From Clostridia bacterium (GTDB lineage: Bacteria > Bacillota > Clostridia > Oscillospirales > CAG-272), in NCBI GenBank assembly GCA_017501225.1, contig JAFVXH010000006.1:882-64881 (forward strand): DNA of 64,000 bases. Reading direction: 5' to 3'. Within the stretch, counting starts at the first letter, position 1; each line of letters begins with the position of its first letter. A program made the translations under genes and the position numbers. Positions 7,677 to 17,883 of this stretch are shown piece after piece. Below the pieces are notes generated by a model, which worked only from the letters and a program-made list of their open reading frames with translations, was not told the origin of the DNA and did no database searches.

Positions 7677-9068
7677 ATGGACAAGGTGATCGCCGCTCTG
7701 AACCGAGCGCTCGGCTTTGCGTACGATAATATTTTGAGCATTGCGATGCTGGTGCTCCTGATCGCCGCGGGAATTTTTCTTACGGTCAGGACGGGCTTTT
7801 TTCAATTCAGGCGCTTTGGCTACGTGCTTAAAAACACGGTAGGGAAGCTCTTTCACAATAATCTGCATCAAAAGGATTCCGGAAGCGTCAGCCCGTTCCA
7901 GGCAGTCACGACCGCGCTTGCGGGTACGATCGGCACGGGAAGCATCGCAGGTGTTGCGACGGCACTCGTCTTAGGCGGTCCCGGCGCGGTATTCTGGATG
8001 TGGGTGAGTGCTTTGTTCGGTATGGTGACCAAGTACTCCGAGATCCTGCTCGCCTTGAAATTCCGCGAAAAGAGCGAGAGCGGGGCGAATATTGGCGGTC
8101 CTATGTATTACATCGAAAAGGGACTTGGTGTCAAGTGGCTTGCCATGCTCTTTGCCGCGTTTGCCATGATCGCCTGCATCGGTACGGGCAACGCGACGCA
8201 ATCCAACTCCATTTCGGGCGTTCTGCATCTCAATTTCGGTGTAGCCCCCTGGATCACGGGATTGATTCTGACTGTGATCGTCGCAGTGGTCATCATCGGC
8301 GGTGTCAAAAGAATCGCGACGGTCAATGAAAAGCTGGTGCCCGTCATGGCGATCTTCTTTATCATTGCCGCCGCACTTGCACTGATCTTCCACGTTGGCA
8401 GAATTCCGCATGCATTTGCTTTGATTTTCAAGGAAGCGTTCAACTTCAGATCCGCCCTTGGCGGTGTTGCGGGATACGGTATCCTGTCGGCGATGCGCTA
8501 CGGTGTGGGCAGAGGAGTGTTCTCCAACGAGGCGGGTCTTGGCAGTGCCCCCATCGCGCACTCCGCATCCAGCGCCGAGGATCCCGTCAAGCAAGGACTG
8601 TGGGGCATTTTTGAGGTGTTTATCACGACCATCATCATCTGCACCATGTCGGCGCTTGTCATTCTGACCTCGGGAATCTATTCCTCCGCCTTTGACGCAG
8701 GACTTGCTCCCGACGTCAGCGGTGCGGCGCTCAGCAGTGCCGCGTTCGAGGAGGCACTCCCGCACGTGGGCGGTATCGGGATCGCCGTTTCCACCGTCTT
8801 TTTCGCGCTCTCGACCGTGCTCGGTTGGGCGTATTACGGAGAGGTGAGTGTGGGATATCTGTTCAGGAATCACTCCAAGGTAGCGATCACGGTTTACAGA
8901 GTGATCTACGTGGCATTCGTTTTCATCGGTGCGATCGCGGAGATCAATACCGTGTGGTTGATTGCCGATTGCTTCAATGCCCTCATGGCACTGCCGAACC
9001 TGATCGCCCTGATCGCGCTTTCCGGTCTTGTCGTAAAGATCACAAGGGAGCATTTTGCGAAGAAATAA
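7677..9068 (+). CDS. Sodium:alanine/glycine symporter (AgcS/AlsT family)
   Basis: PFQAVTTALAGTIGTGSIAGVATA, GGPGAVFWMWV, GGPMYYIEKG, RGVFSNEAGLGS, LMALPNL; promoter TTGACA-18-TATAAT at 7570-7599. Confidence 0.95.
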   Translation: MDKVIAALNRALGFAYDNILSIAMLVLLIAAGIFLTVRTGFFQFRRFGYVLKNTVGKLFHNNLHQKDSGSVSPFQAVTTALAGTIGTGSIAGVATALVLGGPGAVFWMWVSALFGMVTKYSEILLALKFREKSESGANIGGPMYYIEKGLGVKWLAMLFAAFAMIACIGTGNATQSNSISGVLHLNFGVAPWITGLILTVIVAVVIIGGVKRIATVNEKLVPVMAIFFIIAAALALIFHVGRIPHAFALIFKEAFNFRSALGGVAGYGILSAMRYGVGRGVFSNEAGLGSAPIAHSASSAEDPVKQGLWGIFEVFITTIIICTMSALVILTSGIYSSAFDAGLAPDVSGAALSSAAFEEALPHVGGIGIAVSTVFFALSTVLGWAYYGEVSVGYLFRNHSKVAITVYRVIYVAFVFIGAIAEINTVWLIADCFNALMALPNLIALIALSGLVVKITREHFAKK

Positions 9069-9079
9069 ACCAAAAACAG

Positions 9080-9114
9080 CGAGCCGATTGCAAACTGCAA
9101 TCGGCTCGTTTTTT
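9080..9114. terminator. Intrinsic terminator (bidirectional)
   Basis: CGAGCCGATTGCA-aac-TGCAATCGGCTCG plus T run. Confidence 0.8.
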
Positions 9115-9148
9115 GATTTGATTTTTTACAGGTGCATTTTCTTCTCGA

Positions 9149-10018
9149 TCAGATCTCCTCGTACGTAATACGCTCCTCCTTGCCGCTTTCCAGCGCGCGC
9201 ACAATGGCGTTCATGATAAAGACGGGAGCGATGAAGGTTTCGTACGGAGTGCTTTGAGTCTTTCCCGAGAGGAGGGAGTAGAATTCCTTGAATTCCTCGT
9301 AGAACCAGTCGCCCGTGATCGGGATCGTCAGGGCATTCGCGGCGTTTTGTGCCATACGGGAGGCAAAATAGACATAGCTTCCGTTACAGAACAGCCCCAC
9401 ACAGTCATAATTTTCATAGTGGAACAGAACGTGAATGTGACCGCCGTTCTCCCTTGCCGTGACCGAGATGGGGAAGTGCCCGAAGATCTCGCATACCATC
9501 TCCACAAGGTGCTGCGCGTAGAAATAGAAGCCGCCGTAGATGCTGTCCTTCTGGTAAGGGGCGCGGACATAACCGCCGAGCGTCCTTCCACCCACCTCGT
9601 TCTGCGCCTCCAGCTTGAGCTGCTTGACCAGCGCGTCCTGCTTTAAGGACGAGCCGCCCGATACGGGAGTGCCCTTGCTCTTCAGCGCGCGCATAAGGTC
9701 AACAGCCTCATCCTCACGGATGGTGATGGGCTTATCGATGAACATCGGGATGCCGCTCGCAAGGTAGGGCTTTGCGAATTTGCAGTGGCTGTCGCCGTGA
9801 CGTGCGGTGATCACAAGACCGTCGATCTTACCGACTGCGTCCGCATAATCGGTCAATATGGGCGTGCCGAACGTTTCCTTCAGCTTTTGCGCGGCGGCAG
9901 GATCGTCGCTGTATACGCCGACGACCTCGACGTCGCGAAATTCCTCTTTTTCACCGATGCATTTCAAAAAGGCGTCCGCGTGGGAATTTTCGCAGCCCAG
10001 GATTGCAATTTTTTTCAT
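9149..10018 (-). CDS. Gfo/Idh/MocA family oxidoreductase
   Basis: N-terminal KIAILG..SHA Rossmann start, ITARHGDSH, FIDKP motif. Confidence 0.85.
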   Translation of the reverse strand: MKKIAILGCENSHADAFLKCIGEKEEFRDVEVVGVYSDDPAAAQKLKETFGTPILTDYADAVGKIDGLVITARHGDSHCKFAKPYLASGIPMFIDKPITIREDEAVDLMRALKSKGTPVSGGSSLKQDALVKQLKLEAQNEVGGRTLGGYVRAPYQKDSIYGGFYFYAQHLVEMVCEIFGHFPISVTARENGGHIHVLFHYENYDCVGLFCNGSYVYFASRMAQNAANALTIPITGDWFYEEFKEFYSLLSGKTQSTPYETFIAPVFIMNAIVRALESGKEERITYEEI

Positions 10019-10072
10019 AACGTTCTCCTCATTTTCGATCCGATGAATTGAGAAATTGCTGCCAAGGGATTC

Positions 10073-11158
10073 TCAGCCTTGGTTGACGTAGGTTCCGACC
10101 ACCTTGAATTTGTCGCAGAAGCGGTGTATCATGTTGATCATGTTCTGACCTGCCTCGCTGTGAACGTCACCCTCAAGCTCCAGGTAGAAGTAATATTGCC
10201 ACAAAAGCTCCTTCATCGGACGGCTGCGCAGGGTGCGCATATTAAAGCCGTACAGACCGATGATGTCAAGTGCCTTTGCAAGCGCGCCCGCCTCGTTTTT
10301 GACGGTAAAGAGCACGATGGAGTGAACGCCGGGATGCTCCGTCGGGGGATTGTCCGAGCGCGAGAGCACTGCAAATCGGGTGGTATTTGCTCTGCCGGAA
10401 TTGATATTGCGCTCCAGCACGGTCAGAGAAAAGATCTGTGCCGCCTCCTCGCTGGCAATTGCCGCAACGCTGACGTCGCCAAGCTCTGAAACGTACTGAG
10501 CTGCCAGCGCCGTGTTTTCGTACTCAATGGTTTTGTATCCGCGCTCACTGATGAATTTTGCGCACTGCGCAAGTGCCTGCGGATGGCTGATGACCGTCTT
10601 GATATCCTCGCTCTTTGCGCCGGGGCAGACCAGAAGATCCTGCGACACCGTAAGATCGGTCATACAGTTGACGTACAGACTGCCCGAGAAGAGCAGATCC
10701 GTCACCTGTCCCACCTCGCCGCCTACGCTGTTTTCCACGGGAAGAACGGCTGCGTCGCACTCTCCGTTCTCAACCGCACGGTAGGCGGATATAAAATCTC
10801 CGTAGGGAACGGGGAGGGCGCTGGGGAAGAGCTTTTTCGTTGCGATGTGACCGAAAGCGCCGAGTGTGCCGCTGAAGGCAACCTTCATGCCCTCGATCAA
10901 TTTGGACTGATATGCCCGTGAAATTTTTACGGTGTCGCGGATGAAATTGACGTAGTAGGAACGCAGTTCCTCGTCTTTTACCCTGGCGGCAACCGCCCGA
11001 ATGATTTCTTCCTCACGATCTGCGTCGTAGATGGGAAGTCCGTGCTCCTTTTTGTATTCGGCGATGGCTTTGACAGCCTCCATTCTTTTGCAGAACAGCT
11101 GTGCGATCTCGCTGTCAACCTCGTCTATGATCTTTCTTGCGTTGTTTAATGAATCCAT
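10073..11158 (-). CDS. pheA: Bifunctional chorismate mutase/prephenate dehydratase
   Basis: AroQ domain (LNNARKIIDEVD..LFCKRM), PDT motifs (LPVENSVGG, SHPQALAQC, NTTRF) and ACT domain (NEAGALAKAL..SRP); start at MDSLNN; promoter TTGACA-17-TACAAT at 11253-11225. Confidence 0.95.
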   Translation of the reverse strand: MDSLNNARKIIDEVDSEIAQLFCKRMEAVKAIAEYKKEHGLPIYDADREEEIIRAVAARVKDEELRSYYVNFIRDTVKISRAYQSKLIEGMKVAFSGTLGAFGHIATKKLFPSALPVPYGDFISAYRAVENGECDAAVLPVENSVGGEVGQVTDLLFSGSLYVNCMTDLTVSQDLLVCPGAKSEDIKTVISHPQALAQCAKFISERGYKTIEYENTALAAQYVSELGDVSVAAIASEEAAQIFSLTVLERNINSGRANTTRFAVLSRSDNPPTEHPGVHSIVLFTVKNEAGALAKALDIIGLYGFNMRTLRSRPMKELLWQYYFYLELEGDVHSEAGQNMINMIHRFCDKFKVVGTYVNQG

Positions 11159-11436
11159 TTCAGTTCCTCTTGAAGATAGTGTCTGCGTGTTTCCGAGAGC
11201 CCGAGGCGCGCTCGGTATGTCCATATTGTACCTCTTGACGCTGCATTTGTCAACGCCTTTTCGATTTTTTCGCCTCTCAAAGCAAACATTTTTATACTTT
11301 TCTCTTTTACTTTTCAAAAAAATATATTGACTTATTGCACAATATATAGTATAATAGCAGTGTGCAGTCATGTCAAATTGCATATACTTTTCTTGCAGTG
11401 CGCTTGCACAAATTTTACCGAAAAGAGGGCCTTACG

Positions 11437-13422
11437 ATGAAGATGACAACAAAACTTTTGCTATTGAGCCTGGCGCTCCTGACCTGCCTTGCCGTACTGT
11501 CCTCCTGTCAGGGCTCGCAGGGAGATCCTTCGGGCACTACTGCCGAATCGACTGCTCCCGACGGAGGAGCGTCGACTCCGGAATACGATATGCAATTCAC
11601 CCTCAAGGAGGACGGAACCTATGAGCTGACCCGTTGCACGGGCGTAGTCGACACGATTGAGGTGCCCGCAGAGTATCAGGGCAAGCCCGTGACCTCCATT
11701 GCCTTTGGCGCTCTTGAGGGCTACAAGGGATTAAAAGAATTGACGGTTCCTTTTGTGGGATCGGACGTTGACGGGATAGGCGGTGTGCATTTCGGATACA
11801 TCTTTGGTGCGCGCACTTATTCGCAGAATTCGACCAGTGTGCCGACCAGCCTGAAGCGTGTAAATGTTACGGGCGGTGAGCGCGTGGGATACAGCGCGTT
11901 TTACGGCTGTGTTGCGTTGGAAACCGTGATACTTCCCGAGGGGATTATCGGCATCGGTAGAAATGCGTTTTACGGATGCAGCGCGATCCAGTATACCTTT
12001 TATGAAAGCGGAAGATATCTCGGAAGCGCGCAAAACCCTTACGCAGTGTTTATGGGAACCTTCTCCGAGCAGTTTGAACGCTTCAAGCTGCACGAAGACA
12101 CCCGTGTGATCGCGCCGGGCGCATTTGAGAATCAGGAAAAACTGTTTGATATTACTTTGAACGAGGGGATCATCAGCATCGGTGACTGTGCTTTCCGGAA
12201 CTGTGAAGCCTTGACCGAAATGGTTCTTCCCGGAAGCGTTCGATTCCTTGGAAGCGACATTTTTTCGGGATGCTTCAGCTTGGAATCCGTGACACTGCCG
12301 TCGACTCTTGACGCCGTCGGCGAATATATGTTTTATGAGTGCGCAGGGCTTTCCACCGTTACGCTCCCGGCAAGTGTGGTAAGCATTGGGGAGCATGCAT
12401 TCCACGGTTGTACACTCCTGGAGGAGATCTCCCTGCCGGACGGAATTGAGGTGATTGGAGCATCTGCGTTTGAAGGATGTGTCGCACTTACCGATATTAC
12501 GTTCTCCGCTACGCTTTCGACCGTTGAGGACTCTGCGTTTGTGGGGTGCACGGCATTGACGCAGATCTCGCTTCCTGCGTCCCTTAAGAGCATTGGAGGC
12601 TTTGCGTTCCAAAATTGCACCGCGCTGACCTCCGTGTCCTTCTCTGAGGGGCTTGAGAGCATTGGCGAATCCGCCTTTATCGGATGTAAGAGTCTGCGCT
12701 CGATCTCGCTCCCTGACACCGTGACGGTGCTTGGTGCATCTGCGTTTTCGGGATGCTCTGCGCTTCATAGCGTCAAGCTTTCCGCTACACTGCCCAAGAT
12801 TGATGAAACGACCTTCTACGAGTGCACGGGCATTACGAGCATCGAGATCCCGGCTTCCATGACCGAGATCGGGGAAAAGGCGTTCTACTGCTGCTACAAG
12901 CTGGTCGAGGTGCGCAATCATTCTGCTTTGGAGCTGAAGGCAGGGGAGATGACGAACGGTTATGTTTCCTTCTATGCAAAGGACGTCCATCAGGAGGACA
13001 GCAAGATCGTTCTCGCAGAGGGTTATCTGTTCTACATGACAGACGAAGTGACCTATCTGTTGGGATACGTCGGTGATGCGACCGAGCTGATCCTTCCCGC
13101 AACCTCTCCCACGGGTGGCACCTACATGATCTATCAGTACGCGTTCTACCATGACGCAAGCATCGAGAGTGTGACGCTTCCTGCGGGAGTGTCTGAGATC
13201 GGGGACTATGCGTTCCATTCCTGCACGGCGCTGAAAAAGGTTACGTTGCCTAAGGAGATCAGCAAGATTGGCGGATTTTCCTTCTTTGGATGCAAGGCGC
13301 TGACCGAGATCGTATATCAGGATACGGTGGCGAACTGGAACAAGGTGACCAAGGGCATGGGCTGGAATATCAGCGCGGGTGCTTACGTTGTGACCTGTAC
13401 GGACGGAACCGCGAAAAAATAA
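11437..13422 (+). CDS. BspA-type leucine-rich repeat (LRR_5) surface lipoprotein
   Basis: Lipobox LSSC; many 23-aa repeats (LxxIxLPxSLxxIGxxAFxxC); promoter TTGACT-17-TATAAT at 11327-11355. Confidence 0.92.
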   Translation: MKMTTKLLLLSLALLTCLAVLSSCQGSQGDPSGTTAESTAPDGGASTPEYDMQFTLKEDGTYELTRCTGVVDTIEVPAEYQGKPVTSIAFGALEGYKGLKELTVPFVGSDVDGIGGVHFGYIFGARTYSQNSTSVPTSLKRVNVTGGERVGYSAFYGCVALETVILPEGIIGIGRNAFYGCSAIQYTFYESGRYLGSAQNPYAVFMGTFSEQFERFKLHEDTRVIAPGAFENQEKLFDITLNEGIISIGDCAFRNCEALTEMVLPGSVRFLGSDIFSGCFSLESVTLPSTLDAVGEYMFYECAGLSTVTLPASVVSIGEHAFHGCTLLEEISLPDGIEVIGASAFEGCVALTDITFSATLSTVEDSAFVGCTALTQISLPASLKSIGGFAFQNCTALTSVSFSEGLESIGESAFIGCKSLRSISLPDTVTVLGASAFSGCSALHSVKLSATLPKIDETTFYECTGITSIEIPASMTEIGEKAFYCCYKLVEVRNHSALELKAGEMTNGYVSFYAKDVHQEDSKIVLAEGYLFYMTDEVTYLLGYVGDATELILPATSPTGGTYMIYQYAFYHDASIESVTLPAGVSEIGDYAFHSCTALKKVTLPKEISKIGGFSFFGCKALTEIVYQDTVANWNKVTKGMGWNISAGAYVVTCTDGTAKK

Positions 13423-13430
13423 CAAAAAAA

Positions 13431-13466
13431 GGCAGGCTACCGTGCGGTAGCCTGCCCACTTTTTTT
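13431..13466. terminator. Bidirectional intrinsic terminator
   Basis: GGCAGGCTACC-gtgc-GGTAGCCTGCC with A run before and T run after. Confidence 0.8.
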
Positions 13467-13467
13467 G

Positions 13468-14331
13468 TCAGGATTGCTTTTTGAGCTGCTCGACGAATTT
13501 TCCGGGGCTGATGCCGTATTCGGATTTGAAGATGCGGTAAAAGGTGGTGTAGTTGTGAAAGCCGCAGGCGGTACAGACCTCGCCGGCGCTTCTGCCATCG
13601 GAAAGAAGCTCCTTTGCTTGGCTCAGACGCTTGAGCGTGACGTATCGGTAGACGCTGACGCCGATCTGCTGACTGAATTCGTGGGAAAGGTAATATTTGC
13701 TGACGAAAAATTTCTTTGCGAGAAAATCCAGCGAGAGATCCTCGCCGTAATGCTCGTTGATATAGGAAATGACGCGGTGAATCAGGCTCAGCTCCTCCAT
13801 CCTCTCCTGCAGAAGATGCTTTTGCCGTACCATGCGGTTGACCTCCACCAACAGCTGTATCAAAAGACTTTCGGCGTACGCTTGCCCACCCCAACCATCT
13901 CCGTTGGTTTCGCGATTGAGCAATTCAAAAAGCTCCGCGATGCGTCCCTGCATCATCACGTTGGAATGCAGAATGTTGACGTGATTTTGACTCGGTTGAA
14001 AGCAAGCGGTAAGATCGGCGCTCCCACGGCTGATGCTCGCAAGATACTGTCTGTCGATCCAGAGCACCATGCGCTCGTAGGTGCTTCCCTTGTGGGGAAG
14101 GGGCTGATGCAGCTGACGGGGATTGATCAGGAGCAGATCGCCCTTGCTTAGCTTGTGCCGCTGTCCCTCGACAAAATAGGTGACGTTTCCGCCAAGAAAA
14201 AAATAGATCTCGTAAAAATCGTGATGGTGGATGCTGACGGACTGCGGCTTTGTGTCGCGGTAGTGAAAGATCTCAAAGGTATTTCGCCCCATGCTCTGGC
14301 GACGGTTGAACTTTTGCGTTTGGCTTGGCAT
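13468..14331 (-). CDS. AraC family transcriptional regulator (divergent from the hexuronate operon)
   Basis: Cupin domain HHHDFYEI; C-terminal double HTH (LSLDFLAKKFFVSKYYLSHEF; CGFHNYTTFYRIFKSEYGISP); GGAGG RBS. Confidence 0.92.
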   Translation of the reverse strand: MPSQTQKFNRRQSMGRNTFEIFHYRDTKPQSVSIHHHDFYEIYFFLGGNVTYFVEGQRHKLSKGDLLLINPRQLHQPLPHKGSTYERMVLWIDRQYLASISRGSADLTACFQPSQNHVNILHSNVMMQGRIAELFELLNRETNGDGWGGQAYAESLLIQLLVEVNRMVRQKHLLQERMEELSLIHRVISYINEHYGEDLSLDFLAKKFFVSKYYLSHEFSQQIGVSVYRYVTLKRLSQAKELLSDGRSAGEVCTACGFHNYTTFYRIFKSEYGISPGKFVEQLKKQS

Positions 14332-14458
14332 CGGATCACCTCCTAAGCGTATTATACCGCAAGAAATGTAATGTGTCAAGCAATAATTGCAATAGATATT
14401 ACATTTATTTTTTGTTATAATGATATTATATCAATATAGAATATACGGAGGACGCTCT

Positions 14459-15856
14459 ATGCAATTTTTGAATGAGAACTTCTTACTCTCCAACAAGACG
14501 GCGCAAACGCTGTATCACAGCTATGCCAAGGACATGCCCATCATCGATTATCATTGTCATATCGATCCCAAGGATATCTGGGAGGATCGCAGCTTTGAGA
14601 ATCTGGCACAGCTCTGGCTTGGCGGTGACCATTACAAATGGCGTATTATGCGCGCCAACGGTGTTCCCGAGGAGTATATCACGGGGGACGCTCCCGAGCG
14701 TGAAAAATTCCAGAAATTTGCCGAGGCGCTCGCACGCTGCATCGGCAATCCCATGTACCACTGGTGCCACCTGGAGCTGAAGAATTACTTCGGATACGAG
14801 GGCGTTCTGAACGGAGAGACCGCGCAGGAGGTCTGGGATCTGACCTGCAAGAAGCTGAAGGAGGAGGGGCTGACCGCACGCAGCTTCGTGTTGAACAGCA
14901 ACGTGGAGATGATCGGTACGACGGACGATCCGACCAGCGAGCTCGACTATCACAGAATGCTGGCGCATTCGGATTTTCCCGTCAAGGTTCGGCCCAGCTT
15001 CCGTCCCGATCAGGCGCTCAATCTGCACAAGCCCACCTTCCGTGCATACATCGAGTCGCTTTCCAAGGCGGCCCACTTTGAGATCACGACCGCGAAGGAC
15101 GTTGCCAAGGCACTGACCGACACGGCGGATTTCTTCCACAGAAACGGATGCCGTGCCGCTGACCACGGACTTGATTACGTGTTCTACCGCGTAGGCACCG
15201 AGGAGGAGATCGAGGCAGCCTTTCAGAGTGCGATGGCGGGCGAGGAGGTTTCCCTCGAGGCACGTGAGAAATATCAGACCTACCTGCTTCTGCACTGCGC
15301 ACGCCAGTATCACCGTCTTGGCTGGGTGATGCAGCTTCACTTCAGCTGCATGCGCAATCCCAACACCAAGGCTTTTGCGACGCTGGGTGCCGATACCGGC
15401 TTCGATTGCGTTGCCATGACCGATAGCTGCTTCGCGTTGCGCTCGGTATTGGATGCGCTTCAGAGCGAGGAGAAGCTTCCCAAGACCATCCTTTACAGCC
15501 TGAATGCTGCCGACAATTCCTGGATCGTATCCCTGATGGGCGCATTCCAGGGCGAGGGCGTCCGCGGGAAGATCCAGCACGGCTCAGCTTGGTGGTTCAA
15601 CGATACCAAGGCAGGCATGGAGGCACAGATGATCAATCTTGCCAACATGGGAATCCTTGGCAACTTCGTCGGTATGCTGACCGACTCCAGAAGCCTGCTT
15701 AGCTATGCGCGTCACGAATACTTCCGCCGTATCCTGTGCAACCTCATCGGTACGTGGGTGGAGAATGGGGAATATCCCGCAGATATGGAGGCGCTCGGTG
15801 CACTCGTTCAGGATATCTCCTATCGCAACGCCAAGGAATACTTCGGGTTCCAATAA
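14459..15856 (+). CDS. uxaC: Glucuronate isomerase
   Basis: PIIDYHCH, DHYKWRIMR, GSAWWFND, GMLTDSRS..SY.RHEYFRRILC. Confidence 0.97.
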   Translation: MQFLNENFLLSNKTAQTLYHSYAKDMPIIDYHCHIDPKDIWEDRSFENLAQLWLGGDHYKWRIMRANGVPEEYITGDAPEREKFQKFAEALARCIGNPMYHWCHLELKNYFGYEGVLNGETAQEVWDLTCKKLKEEGLTARSFVLNSNVEMIGTTDDPTSELDYHRMLAHSDFPVKVRPSFRPDQALNLHKPTFRAYIESLSKAAHFEITTAKDVAKALTDTADFFHRNGCRAADHGLDYVFYRVGTEEEIEAAFQSAMAGEEVSLEAREKYQTYLLLHCARQYHRLGWVMQLHFSCMRNPNTKAFATLGADTGFDCVAMTDSCFALRSVLDALQSEEKLPKTILYSLNAADNSWIVSLMGAFQGEGVRGKIQHGSAWWFNDTKAGMEAQMINLANMGILGNFVGMLTDSRSLLSYARHEYFRRILCNLIGTWVENGEYPADMEALGALVQDISYRNAKEYFGFQ

Positions 15857-15907
15857 GCGATTTGTGCAAGCGCAATCAAATTCAATCAACAAAGGAGATA
15901 GATCACA

Positions 15908-16993
15908 ATGAAAATGGGTTTTCGCTGGTATGGCGAAGGAAACGACAACATCAAGCTTTCCGACATCAAGCAGATCCCGGGCGTCCAGAGCATCGTGTGG
16001 GCGTTGCACCACAAGATGCCGGGTGAGATCTGGGAGGAGCACGAGATCGCGGAGGTCAAGCGTCAGCTGGACGAGTACGGCTTCTGCATCGACGTCGTCG
16101 AATCGGTCAACGTTCACGACGACATCAAGATCGGTCTTCCCACAAGGGACGGCTACATCGAAAATTACAAGCAGACCATCCGCAACTTAAGCAAGTTCGG
16201 TGTTAAGGTCATCTGCTACAACTTCATGCCCGTCTTTGACTGGACGCGCAGCAATCTCTTTCACCCCCTGCCCGATGGCTCGACCGCACTGTTCTATGAA
16301 AAGAACATGATCCAGGACGACTACAACGCCATGGCAGATTACATTCTGGCGTTCACCGAGAAGTACAACATGTCCTTCCCGGGCTGGGAGCCTGAGCGCA
16401 TGGCAAAGCTGGACGAGCTTTTCAAGGCATACGAGGGAGTGGATCACGAAAAGCTTTGGGCAAACCTGAAATACTTCCTTGAGGCGATCATGCCGACCTG
16501 CGAGGAGTGCGACGTCAAAATGGCGATCCACATGGACGATCCGCCCTGGGATATCTTCGGTCTTCCCAGACTTCTGGTGGACGAGGCAAGCATCGACCGC
16601 TTCCTGAAGATGGTCGACAATCCCTACAACTGCTTAACACTTTGCTCGGGAAGCCTGAACGCAAATCCCGAAAACGACGTCGCCGCGATCGTACGCAAGC
16701 ACTGCGACAGAATCGCGTTTGCGCACATCCGCAACGTCAAGCATTTTGAGAACGGCGACTTCTCCGAGGCAAGCCACCGCGACTGCGACGGCGACACGGG
16801 CATCCTTGAGATCCTCAAGGCTTACCACGACGGCAATTTCCAGGGATACATCCGCCCCGACCACGGAAGACATCTGTGGGGCGAGGGTGCAGGCACCGTC
16901 CGTCCCGGATACGGTCTGTACGACCGCGCGCTCGGCATTATGTATATGCTCGGCGTATGGGATATGCTGGACCGCCTGAAGGAATCCAAATAA
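15908..16993 (+). CDS. uxuA: Mannonate dehydratase
   Basis: MKMGFRWYG, VVESVNVHDDIK, CYNFMPVFDWTRS, IRPDHGR, PGYGLYDRALG. Confidence 0.97.
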   Translation: MKMGFRWYGEGNDNIKLSDIKQIPGVQSIVWALHHKMPGEIWEEHEIAEVKRQLDEYGFCIDVVESVNVHDDIKIGLPTRDGYIENYKQTIRNLSKFGVKVICYNFMPVFDWTRSNLFHPLPDGSTALFYEKNMIQDDYNAMADYILAFTEKYNMSFPGWEPERMAKLDELFKAYEGVDHEKLWANLKYFLEAIMPTCEECDVKMAIHMDDPPWDIFGLPRLLVDEASIDRFLKMVDNPYNCLTLCSGSLNANPENDVAAIVRKHCDRIAFAHIRNVKHFENGDFSEASHRDCDGDTGILEILKAYHDGNFQGYIRPDHGRHLWGEGAGTVRPGYGLYDRALGIMYMLGVWDMLDRLKESK

Positions 16994-17023
16994 AATAACA
17001 ACATTATCACGGAGGTATTGAAA

Positions 17024-17869
17024 ATGAGTAATCTTCCTTTGAACATTGACTATACCGGCAAGGTCGTCGTTGTGACCGGTGCCGGCGGACTGATCTGCGG
17101 CGCGATGGCGCGCGCATTTGCAGAGAGCGGCGCAAAGGTCGCAGCACTCGACCTGAATGAGGATGCTGTCAAGGCTCTGGCAGCAGACCTTGAGGCACAG
17201 GGATATATCTGCAAGGGATATAAGGCAAACGTGCTGGATCCCGAGGCACTCGAGGAGGTGCACAAGGCAGTGCTTGCCGATCTTGGCGCGTGCGATATTC
17301 TGGTCAACGGTGCAGGCGGAAACAATCCCCGCGCAACCACCGACAACGAGTACCAGCACGAGGCAAAGGAGGGCGGCAAGTCCTTCTTTGATCTGGATGC
17401 CGCAGGCGTTGATTTCGTATTCAAGCTCAATTTCCAGGGAACGCTTCTTCCCACGCAGGTATTCGCAAAGGATATGGTCGCAAAGAAGAGCGGATGCATT
17501 CTGAACATTTCTTCCATGAACGCATATATCCCGCTGACCAAGATCCCCGCATATTCTGCTGCAAAAGCGGGAATTTCTAACTTTACGCAGTGGCTCGCAA
17601 CCCACTTTGCGGGCACGGGCATCCGTTGCAACGCGATCGCGCCCGGATTCTTGGTTTCCGCGCAGAACAAGGCGCTCCTCTTCAACGAGGACGGCACGCC
17701 CACCGCACGCTCTGCAAAGATCCTCAAGGGTACGCCCACCGAGCGCTTTGTGGATGCCAAGGAGCTCATCGGTGCAACGCTCTTTTTGTGCGATGACCGT
17801 TGCGCTTCCGCCATCACAGGCGTGGTTCTGCCCATCGATGCAGGCTTCTCTGCATATTCCGGTGTATAA
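17024..17869 (+). CDS. uxuB: SDR-family D-mannonate (fructuronate) oxidoreductase
   Basis: TGAGGLICG, NGAGGNNP, YSAAK catalytic motif, LTKIPAY; position between uxuA and eda. Confidence 0.85.
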   Translation: MSNLPLNIDYTGKVVVVTGAGGLICGAMARAFAESGAKVAALDLNEDAVKALAADLEAQGYICKGYKANVLDPEALEEVHKAVLADLGACDILVNGAGGNNPRATTDNEYQHEAKEGGKSFFDLDAAGVDFVFKLNFQGTLLPTQVFAKDMVAKKSGCILNISSMNAYIPLTKIPAYSAAKAGISNFTQWLATHFAGTGIRCNAIAPGFLVSAQNKALLFNEDGTPTARSAKILKGTPTERFVDAKELIGATLFLCDDRCASAITGVVLPIDAGFSAYSGV

Positions 17870-17883
17870 GGAGGGAAATACAG

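Noticed and set aside
11333-11410. Repeated TTGCA(C/T/G) words upstream of the LRR lipoprotein, possibly ArgR-like boxes
   Set aside because: Only half-sites with irregular spacing; cannot be distinguished from chance.
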